The notes under the pieces were generated by a model. The model worked only from the letters and a program-made list of their open reading frames with translations, had not been told where the DNA came from and did no database searches. Below are positions 41,379 to 49,011 of a DNA stretch of 64,000 nucleotides, piece by piece (the first letter of the stretch is position 1; every line of letters begins with the position of its first letter). The translations under genes and the position numbers were made by a program. This stretch comes from Burkholderiales bacterium (lineage in GTDB: Bacteria; Pseudomonadota; Gammaproteobacteria; Burkholderiales; JBILQJ01), in NCBI GenBank assembly GCA_044373325.1, contig JBILQJ010000005.1, positions 656 to 64,655 on the forward strand. Direction: 5' to 3'.

Positions 41379-43881
41379 AGCCCCAATGCGTTTTAGCGTA
41401 ATCTCGCACGGCTTGAGCCGACGTCAGTGCAAGAACTGCCGAGATTTTTTCTTGGCATTCTGTGACACTTAAGGTACGGACACGGGCTTTAATTTGAGGG
41501 ATTAAGGGGGTACTAACCGAAAGTTCAGTTAACCCTAAGCCTAACAAAATGGGCGTGGCATCAGGGTCAGAAGCCAACGTGCCACACATACCAACCCAGC
41601 GTCCATGTTTGGCGGCACCTTCACAAGTGAGTTTAATCATATGTAGCACCGCAGGATGCATGGCATCCACGCGATGAGCCAGTTGGTTGTTGCAACGATC
41701 CATGGCCATGGTGTATTGGGTCAAGTCATTCGTGCCGATAGACATGAAGTCGATATGTGGCGCTAATTGCTCGGCCAGTAAGGCCGCAGAAGGCACTTCT
41801 ATCATGACACCTAATTGTGGGCGTTCAGTTAATCCCAATCCTTGCGCTAAGGTTTCTAAGCGCTCTTTAAATTGAATGACTTCAGCAACATCGCTAATCA
41901 TGGGCACTAAAATACGGCAAAGTGATAACGGTTTGACTTGCAATAACGCGGCCAACTGTGCGTCCAGCATTTCAGGGTAAGCAAAACTGGTGCGCACGCC
42001 ACGCAAACCCAATGCTGGATTGGGTTCTTCAGGTAATTGCAAATAGGGAACTTCTTTGTCGCCCCCCACATCTATGGTGCGTATGATGGCTGATTTGCCT
42101 TGCATGGCATCAATGACGGCTTGATAGGCGACTCGTTGTTCTTCTTCCGTTGGTGCTGTGCTACGGTCGATGAAAAGAAATTCACTGCGCAATAACCCGA
42201 TGCTGTCTGCGCCTTTTTCATAAGCATTTTTGGCATCTACTTCGTTGGCAATGTTGGCCGCAATTTCAATGTGCTTACCATCTAAAGAGATGGCTGGTTG
42301 GTCGGCCAGCTTGGACATTTCTGCCTGTTCTAAAGCCTGTGTTTTTAACTGAATTTTAGCTTGAGATAAAACATCTTCGGATGGCGTTGGGTTCGCCCAA
42401 TTTTGGGTGCTGTCCAATAAAATGGTTTGGCCTTGTTCTAAAGTCAAGGCTTTGCTGCCTGCTGCCACCAAGGCAGGAATCCCCATAGCGCGAGCCAAAA
42501 TGGCCACGTGTGCTGTTGCACCGCCTTGAGCCGATATAAAACCTGCCACTTTGGCTGGTGGCAAGCTGGTCAAGTCAGATGGCGTTAAATCGTCCGCCAC
42601 TAAAATGGAGTGTTCATATAAAGCAATTTGTGCCGCAGTTTCGCCCACGATGACTTGCAATACTTGGCGTTTTAAGTCGCGTAAATCGGCCACACGTTCT
42701 TTTAATAGCTCTGAACCCATGCTGGACAAAATGGCCATTTGGCTTTCAACGGCTGTTTTCCAAGCGAAGCCAGCGCTTTTGCCTTGTTGTATTAATTGGC
42801 CAGCGTAGTCTGATAATTCAGGGTCTTCTAATAAAGCCAAATGGGCGCTGAATATCGCAACTTCTGTGCTGCGATGCTGGGCTTTTGCTTCGTCGATGGT
42901 GTTTTGTAAATTATTTTTGACGGTTTGTAGTGCCGCCACAAGTGTGTTGTTTTCTGTTGTGGCATTGGCTGCCAACTCCTCGACAACTGGATCGGCTTGA
43001 CCAAGACGAACCACTTGACCTATCGCCAAGCCCGGTGCGGCGCAAACACCATAGATTAAGCTGTCGTCGCCATTGACGGGGCGAACAGCTTTAACTTCGG
43101 GTTGAGTGACGGCTTCTAGTGTGGTGACCGTTTCTAAGGCTGCGATGACGGCCTGCACAGCTTGTTGAGCTTGGTTGCCTATGGCAGAAACGTTGACTGA
43201 GGCGTGTTCTGGTACACCCAATCCTAATAAAGACACCATACTGGCCGCATTGGCTGTTTTTCCTTGATATTCGATACTAATTTTGGCTTGCCCTGCATAA
43301 GGCTTGGCGGTGTTTTGAATCAAAGCGGCAGGGCGTGCATGAATGCCGCCGTGATGCTTGATGGTCGCCGTCGCAGAAAAAGTTTCGTTGCTGTTGCTAA
43401 CGGCTTGATTACCGTTGTCGCTTTTAGAGGAAACACTAAACAAAGCAGTAACGCCTGCGTGAGCCATGCCTTGGCTGCGTGCGCCCAAAACAAATTCATC
43501 GCCGTTGATGATGGTAATCATGGTATTTAAAGAAGGGGCTTTACTCGCCACTAAATTTAAGTCAAACGCAATTAAAGGTTGGCCGCAAGTGACTTTGTCG
43601 CCAACGGACACCAAAGGAATAAATCCTTCTCCTTTCATCATCACGGTATCTATGCCAATGTGCATGAGGACTTGCACACCCGTGCTTGTTTCTATGGTCA
43701 CCGCGTGGTGAGTTTTGGCCAATTGAATGACCTCACCGTCACAAGGCGCAAGCAGATTGTCGCTGATGGGATCTATAGCGATGCCATCGCCAGCCATTAA
43801 TGCTGAAAAGACAGGATCTGGCACGCTTTTTAAATTAAGTAATGGGCCAGTTAAAGGAGATAAAAGGGTAATTGTGCTCAT
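41377..43881 (-). CDS. Multidomain PTS protein EIIA-HPr-EI (NagF/PtsP-like)
   Basis: EIIA DPVF and HIGIDTV; HPr GIHARPA; EI TAHVAILAR, IGLLRSEF, SIGTNDL. Confidence 0.93.
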   Translation of the reverse strand: MSTITLLSPLTGPLLNLKSVPDPVFSALMAGDGIAIDPISDNLLAPCDGEVIQLAKTHHAVTIETSTGVQVLMHIGIDTVMMKGEGFIPLVSVGDKVTCGQPLIAFDLNLVASKAPSLNTMITIINGDEFVLGARSQGMAHAGVTALFSVSSKSDNGNQAVSNSNETFSATATIKHHGGIHARPAALIQNTAKPYAGQAKISIEYQGKTANAASMVSLLGLGVPEHASVNVSAIGNQAQQAVQAVIAALETVTTLEAVTQPEVKAVRPVNGDDSLIYGVCAAPGLAIGQVVRLGQADPVVEELAANATTENNTLVAALQTVKNNLQNTIDEAKAQHRSTEVAIFSAHLALLEDPELSDYAGQLIQQGKSAGFAWKTAVESQMAILSSMGSELLKERVADLRDLKRQVLQVIVGETAAQIALYEHSILVADDLTPSDLTSLPPAKVAGFISAQGGATAHVAILARAMGIPALVAAGSKALTLEQGQTILLDSTQNWANPTPSEDVLSQAKIQLKTQALEQAEMSKLADQPAISLDGKHIEIAANIANEVDAKNAYEKGADSIGLLRSEFLFIDRSTAPTEEEQRVAYQAVIDAMQGKSAIIRTIDVGGDKEVPYLQLPEEPNPALGLRGVRTSFAYPEMLDAQLAALLQVKPLSLCRILVPMISDVAEVIQFKERLETLAQGLGLTERPQLGVMIEVPSAALLAEQLAPHIDFMSIGTNDLTQYTMAMDRCNNQLAHRVDAMHPAVLHMIKLTCEGAAKHGRWVGMCGTLASDPDATPILLGLGLTELSVSTPLIPQIKARVRTLSVTECQEKISAVLALTSAQAVRDYAKTHWG

Positions 43882-44061
43882 GTTAAAGTCTTCTTCTTTC
43901 AAAATTATCCTGACTAAACGGTGAGTTCAGTCAGGATGGTTGGGTTATAGAAAATGCGATGCCTGAATTAAAAAATACGACGAAAAACACGATGAAAAGT
44001 GACGCAGTAACAATAATTATTTATGGGTTTCGTTTAAAAAACAACACAGTAAAAATTTGTG

Positions 44062-45168
44062 TTATTTGAGTTCAACTTTTTCTCCTTCGATATAAACTTG
44101 CGTTAGTTTGAGTTTTTTATTGACGGTGACTATATCGGAAAAAGCCCCTATTTGCAAACGTCCCCGTTGTGGCTCGTTTAAGTAATTGGCAGGAAACAAA
44201 GAAAGGCGATTTGAGGCATCGGCGAGGCTTAACCCTATGCTCACCAAATTTTGCAAAGCCACGTCCATGGTGAGTGCGCTGCCAGCCAAAGTGCCATCAG
44301 CAAGACGCACACCGCCCATACATTTGGTGACGGTTTGGCTGCCCAATTGATAATCGCCATCGGCCATACCTGATGCGGCGGTTGAGTCGGTGACGCAAAA
44401 TAAATGAGGGATGGCGCGTAAAGCGGTTTTGATGGCACCAGGGTGAACGTGCAATAAGTCGGGAATGATTTCGGCATATTGCCCATGCGCCAAGGCGGTG
44501 CCGACCAAACCTGGTTCGCGGTGATGCAAGCCATTCATGGCATTAAATAAATGGGTAAAGCCTGTTGCGCCTGCTTCTAAAGCGCTCACGCCTTCTTCAT
44601 AACTGGCCGTGCTGTGGCCAACCTGTACGCGTACGCCTTGTGCGGCCAAGGTTTTGATGATATCAAGATGGCCTTCAATTTCAGGCGCAATGGTTAATAT
44701 TTTAATGGGGGCAATGGCGTTGAGTTCGTTAAATTCGGGCACGTCGGCTCGTTTAACTGGATCGGGCTGAGCCCCTTTTTTGTTGACATTAATGTAAGGG
44801 CCTTCTAAATGCACACCCAACAAGCGCGATCCGCCTGTCACTCGATTGTTAATGTCAAGCGCAATCAAGGCAGCTTTGATGTTGGGGATTTGATCGGTCA
44901 TGGTGGTGGCCAACATTGACGTGGTGCCGTGTTGTGCATGATGACGCGTGACGGACTCGACGGCATCGCCGCCTTGCATTAAATCTTTGCCGCCGCCGCC
45001 ATGGACGTGGCAGTCAATAAATCCCGGTAAAATGTAACAGTCAGCGTGGCCGTCATCTTCAACGGGCGCGCCGGTGATGTCGGTGATGTGTTCGTTAAAG
45101 GTGATGCTGCCGTCTATCCAGCCCGATGTGCTAAGAATGCGGCCTGTTAAGGTCAATGTCGAGTTCAT
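44062..45168 (-). CDS. nagA: N-acetylglucosamine-6-phosphate deacetylase
   Basis: PGFIDCHVHG, HLEGPY, THLFNAM, LAGS. Confidence 0.96.
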   Translation of the reverse strand: MNSTLTLTGRILSTSGWIDGSITFNEHITDITGAPVEDDGHADCYILPGFIDCHVHGGGGKDLMQGGDAVESVTRHHAQHGTTSMLATTMTDQIPNIKAALIALDINNRVTGGSRLLGVHLEGPYINVNKKGAQPDPVKRADVPEFNELNAIAPIKILTIAPEIEGHLDIIKTLAAQGVRVQVGHSTASYEEGVSALEAGATGFTHLFNAMNGLHHREPGLVGTALAHGQYAEIIPDLLHVHPGAIKTALRAIPHLFCVTDSTAASGMADGDYQLGSQTVTKCMGGVRLADGTLAGSALTMDVALQNLVSIGLSLADASNRLSLFPANYLNEPQRGRLQIGAFSDIVTVNKKLKLTQVYIEGEKVELK

Positions 45169-45334
45169 GAGGGTTGCTCCTAATAAAATAGTCTAAAAAA
45201 CAGGGTGTATCAGTTGAATGTGCGTTACAAGATTGAACCAAGATCGAGCTTGAGGCAGTTTTCGGGTGCTCATTTTAAACCAGCGTCATAAAAAATGCGC
45301 CATTTTTATGAGTAATGTCTATAAATATTTTCTG

Positions 45335-46174
45335 TCAACCCAAAACCACGCGCCGCCAAGTGATTAAATAGCGCCGTAACAAGCCTAAACGCAAATGTTG
45401 TTTTAGGACGCGTCCCAAGCCTTCTTTGTGTAGCTCGTATAAAGTGGCAGCCAACACATCGGCTTGAGCCAATAAAACGCGCCCTGATTTTAAGGCGACA
45501 GGTGAAAACTGACGGAATGCTTGTTCGTGCAAGCCATGTGCTTGCGTTAATTGGGCGGTCATTAAGGCGTTAAATTCTGGCGTATCTTGGCAATCATACA
45601 AAGCACTGGCGGTGACTTGATGTTTTTCTAATTCGCTGATGGGTAGGTAAATACGGCCTTGGCGGATGTGCAAACCGACTTGCGTCAATAAACGCGCGTA
45701 ACGTATAAACGCGCCCAATTGTTGGGCTGCCTGCAAATCGTTGGCTTCGGATATGCCCAACACTTGGGCTGATAATTTGCTTTGTGCGCCGATTTTATAG
45801 CAATATTGCATGAGTTCGCTGTCGGTGGTGTAGCGTGCTTGCAATAAATCTTGTTCGTAGCCTGCGATGATGCTCAAAAAATCGGACAATGCCCATCCAA
45901 ATGGCGCAAAAAAAGGCTGCATTTCTTGAATTAAAGGATGGTTGCAAATGGGCTTTTCGGCATAAGCTTGAGTCATTTCTGCTTGCCACCAGTTGAGCGT
46001 TTGGCGTGCCACATTGGGGTCAGAACATTGAGTCACTGTTTTTTCTATGGTGTCGCAAAAGGCTTGTATGCAGGTTAAGGCTTTTTTTTGTAAGGCAGTA
46101 AGGCGAAAATAGCCCATGTCGTAATGGGGGTTGTGGGCAAGGCAAATGCTGGCAGCAGGCGTTATTTTGTTCAT
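45335..46174 (-). CDS. Squalene/phytoene synthase-fold (HpnD-like) protein with degenerate Asp motifs
   Basis: AFC...CSDPNVARQTLNWW, HPL, YCY, GRIYLP. Confidence 0.8.
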   Translation of the reverse strand: MNKITPAASICLAHNPHYDMGYFRLTALQKKALTCIQAFCDTIEKTVTQCSDPNVARQTLNWWQAEMTQAYAEKPICNHPLIQEMQPFFAPFGWALSDFLSIIAGYEQDLLQARYTTDSELMQYCYKIGAQSKLSAQVLGISEANDLQAAQQLGAFIRYARLLTQVGLHIRQGRIYLPISELEKHQVTASALYDCQDTPEFNALMTAQLTQAHGLHEQAFRQFSPVALKSGRVLLAQADVLAATLYELHKEGLGRVLKQHLRLGLLRRYLITWRRVVLG

Positions 46175-46258
46175 GATGGTTGGTGTAAAAAGGGGGAGTT
46201 TTGGTTGATTGTCAGGTGCGAATTGTAATTCATATTGGCCATCTTGAAAAAACGTTTA

Positions 46259-46286
46259 TTGACATCTGTTGGTTTCGCGCTAAAAT
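46259..46286 (+). promoter_or_regulatory. greA promoter
   Basis: TTGACA-N16-TAAAAT. Confidence 0.65.
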
Positions 46287-46303
46287 ACGGGCTTGCAGTT
46301 GAG

Positions 46304-46346
46304 GGTATCGCCGCCGTGGCAGTTAAACGGCGGTTTACCTTTTTTT
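46304..46346 (+). terminator. greA leader attenuator
   Basis: CCGCCGT / ACGGCGG stem plus T-run between the promoter and ATG. Confidence 0.65.
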
Positions 46347-46378
46347 ATATATGGAAAACGATATGGATAAGACATTCA

Positions 46379-46855
46379 ATGATTAAAATTCCTTTAACCG
46401 TAGTGGGTGCGGAAATGATGAAAGCGGAATTGCAGCAATTACGCAGCGTAGAGCGCCCAAATGTGATTGCAGCGATTGCCGAAGCCCGTGCGCACGGCGA
46501 TTTGTCTGAAAATGCCGAATATGATGCGGCCAAAGAGCGTCAAGCCTTTGTAGAAGGGCGCATTGCAGACATTGAAGCAAAGCTTTCTAATAGCCAAGTC
46601 ATTAATCCTGCCGAATTAGATGCCGATGGTCGCGTGGTGTTTGGTGCCACCGTAGAAATGATGGATTTAAGCAGCGAAGGGCTGGTCACTTATCAAATCG
46701 TTGGCGATGACGAAGCCGATGTTAAAGTGAATAAAATTTCAATCAGTTCGCCAATTGCGCGAGCTTTAATAGGCAAAGAAGAAGGCGATGTGGCCGAAGT
46801 ACAAGCGCCTGGTGGCCTGCGTGAATACGAAGTTTTGAAAGTGCTTTATATTTGA
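46379..46855 (+). CDS. greA: Transcription elongation factor GreA
   Basis: [27 protein letters not shown]; start set at ATG 46379. Confidence 0.97.
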   Translation: MIKIPLTVVGAEMMKAELQQLRSVERPNVIAAIAEARAHGDLSENAEYDAAKERQAFVEGRIADIEAKLSNSQVINPAELDADGRVVFGATVEMMDLSSEGLVTYQIVGDDEADVKVNKISISSPIARALIGKEEGDVAEVQAPGGLREYEVLKVLYI

Positions 46856-46884
46856 TTTTGATTTTTTAAAAAAGGGAGTTCGCT

Positions 46885-47199
46885 ATGCAAACGCAATTTG
46901 TTAATGCCCAAGTTAATGCCGTAACCAATGTTTATTTTGAGGGCTTGTGTTTGTCTAACAACCTGATTACTGCCGATGGCAGCAAAAAATCCATCGGTGT
47001 GATTTTCCCTTCTAAGTTAGAATTTAACACTCAAGCGCCTGAAGTGATGGAAATCATCAGCGGACAGTGTCGTGTGCAATTGGCTGATACCGACGAATAC
47101 ATTACGTATGGCGCGGGGGAGCGATTTTCAGTGGCTGGCAACAGTCACTTTAAAATTGAAACGCTGACTTTGCTGAATTACATTTGTCATTTTGGATAA
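46885..47199 (+). CDS. ppnP: Pyrimidine/purine nucleoside phosphorylase (YaiE/DUF1255)
   Basis: NVYFEG, GVI, PEVMEIISG, YICHFG. Confidence 0.85.
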   Translation: MQTQFVNAQVNAVTNVYFEGLCLSNNLITADGSKKSIGVIFPSKLEFNTQAPEVMEIISGQCRVQLADTDEYITYGAGERFSVAGNSHFKIETLTLLNYICHFG

Positions 47200-47212
47200 A
47201 CCACCCTTTTCG

Positions 47213-47266
47213 TTGCGGCCAACCTTTTTATGAATCTTTGCGTTCACAAAAAAAGGTTGGCCGCAA
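47213..47266. terminator. Inverted motif pair after ppnP
   Basis: TTGCGGCCAACCTTTTT / AAAAAGGTTGGCCGCAA. Confidence 0.78.
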
Positions 47267-47311
47267 TCACAATCTTTCCTGTTTTGTTTCATTCCTTTTA
47301 AAAAGAGCCTG

Positions 47312-48688
47312 ATGATGATTACTTTATACAACACCTTGACCCGTAAAAAAGAAGTGTTTCAGCCCATGCAAAAAGGCCAAGTGCAAATGTACGTTTGCGG
47401 CATGACCTTGTACGATTATTGTCACATGGGGCACGCACGGATGTTGACGGCGTTTGATTTGGTTTATCGGTGGTTTTTGGCGTCGGGTTACGCGGTGACT
47501 TATGTGCGTAATATTACCGACATCGACGACAAAATCATTCAACGCGCAGCCGAAAATCAAGAAGACATTGAATCTTTGGTCGCGCGTTTTGAAGTTGCCA
47601 TGAATGAGGATGCGCAAGCTTTGAATTTGTTGCGGCCAAGCTTTGAACCGAAAGCGACGCATCACATAGATGGCATGATTGCCATTATTGAACAATTGAT
47701 TGCCCAAAATAAAGCTTACGCAGGCGACAATGGCGATGTGTATTACGCGGTGCGCACGTTTGAAGGTTACGGCAAATTATCGGGCAAAACGCCAGACAGT
47801 TTGCGTTCGGGCGAGCGGGTAGACGTGGATAAGGCCAAACGCGATCCTTTGGATTTTGTGTTATGGAAAGCCGCCAAGTCGGGCGAACCCGCGTGGGAAA
47901 GCCCTTGGGGATTGGGCCGCCCTGGTTGGCACATCGAATGTTCGGCCATGAGTTGTCACCATTTTGGACAACAATTTGACATACACGGCGGCGGCGAAGA
48001 TTTACAGTTTCCGCATCATGAAAACGAAATCGCGCAAAGCGAAGGCGCGTCGGGTCACGCTTACGTCAATTATTGGATGCACAACGGATTCATTAATGTG
48101 GATGGTGAAAAAATGTCTAAATCGTTGGGCAATTTTTTCACCATACGCGACGTGTTGCAGCATTTTGATGGCGAAGTCATCCGTTTTTTCATTGCGCGCA
48201 CGCATTATCGCAGCCCAGTGAACTTTACCGATGGGATTTTGCACGATGCCAAACAGGGCTTGACGCGTTTGTACACGGCTTTAAGCGCTTACGATTTGAG
48301 CGCCACCGCGCCTTTGGTCGTGGATTGGACGCAAGCCCATGCGGCACGCTTTAAGGCTGCGATGGACGACGATTTTAATACGGCCGAAGCGGTGGCGGTG
48401 TTGTTTGACTTGGCCAGCGAACTCAATCGCGCCCCCAATTTAGAAACCGCGCGTCTCTTAAAAGCCTTGGCGGGTATTTTGGGCTTTTTAGAGCGCACGC
48501 CCACGGACTTTTTGCAGGGTGGCCAAACGGCGGCTTTTGCAGCTGAAATTGCAGCCTTGATTGAAGGCCGTCATCAAGCCCGATTGACTAAAAATTGGGC
48601 GGAATCCGACCGCATCCGCGACGCTTTGGCGGCAAAAAATGTGCTGGTGGAAGATGGCGAAAATGGCACGACTTGGCGTTTGAAATGA
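47312..48688 (+). CDS. cysS: Cysteine--tRNA ligase
   Basis: [23 protein letters not shown]. Confidence 0.98.
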   Translation: MMITLYNTLTRKKEVFQPMQKGQVQMYVCGMTLYDYCHMGHARMLTAFDLVYRWFLASGYAVTYVRNITDIDDKIIQRAAENQEDIESLVARFEVAMNEDAQALNLLRPSFEPKATHHIDGMIAIIEQLIAQNKAYAGDNGDVYYAVRTFEGYGKLSGKTPDSLRSGERVDVDKAKRDPLDFVLWKAAKSGEPAWESPWGLGRPGWHIECSAMSCHHFGQQFDIHGGGEDLQFPHHENEIAQSEGASGHAYVNYWMHNGFINVDGEKMSKSLGNFFTIRDVLQHFDGEVIRFFIARTHYRSPVNFTDGILHDAKQGLTRLYTALSAYDLSATAPLVVDWTQAHAARFKAAMDDDFNTAEAVAVLFDLASELNRAPNLETARLLKALAGILGFLERTPTDFLQGGQTAAFAAEIAALIEGRHQARLTKNWAESDRIRDALAAKNVLVEDGENGTTWRLK

Positions 48689-48740
48689 GCCTTAAAGCCT
48701 CTTTTTAATAAAGGACGTGCTCCTCTAATCCGTTCAATCC

Positions 48741-48791
48741 TTTGCGGCCAACCTTTTATCCAAAAAACTGGGTAAAAAGGTTGGCCGCAAA
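48741..48791. terminator. Inverted motif pair between convergent cysS and the small ORF
   Basis: TTTGCGGCCAACCTTTT / AAAAGGTTGGCCGCAAA. Confidence 0.8.
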
Positions 48792-48814
48792 GCGTTTTTT
48801 ATACAGAGGTTGAG

Positions 48815-48973
48815 CTATTCGATGCTGACCAAAGCCCAAGCGATGGCGCTCCATAAGACGCCCAATATGAGTAAAGCTAGCACAAAACGAAAGCCAGCCG
48901 ATCGCAATAATAAACTCGGTTTGGGCGCTGGCGGGCAATTTGGGTGGGCGTGGTGTGGGTGTTGATAAGACAT
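48815..48973 (-). CDS. 52-aa His-rich small membrane protein (not in ORF track)
   Basis: Manual translation MSYQHPHHAHPNCPPAPKPSLLLRSAGFRFVLALLILGVLWSAIAWALVSIE; lies between smc and a terminator. Confidence 0.7.
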   Translation of the reverse strand: MSYQHPHHAHPNCPPAPKPSLLLRSAGFRFVLALLILGVLWSAIAWALVSIE

Positions 48974-49011
48974 ATGCACTTTCGGTAAGTAAATGTGAGG
49001 CGTTGTAGGGA

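Noticed and set aside
46235-46378. N-terminal extensions called for greA (and similarly ssb, lpdA, nagE and the ygfA-like gene)
   Set aside because: They overlap promoters, terminators or upstream sequence. Downstream ATGs match family N-termini.
3764-48791. Motif hairpins as REP, MITE or Correia-type elements
   Set aside because: Loops are unrelated, both geometries occur, there are many singletons inside coding sequence, and no transposase or target duplication is visible. Disfavoured rather than fully excluded.
48756-48938. 60-aa ORF in the supplied track
   Set aside because: It runs into the terminator. The alternative frame 48815-48973 gives a far more protein-like product.
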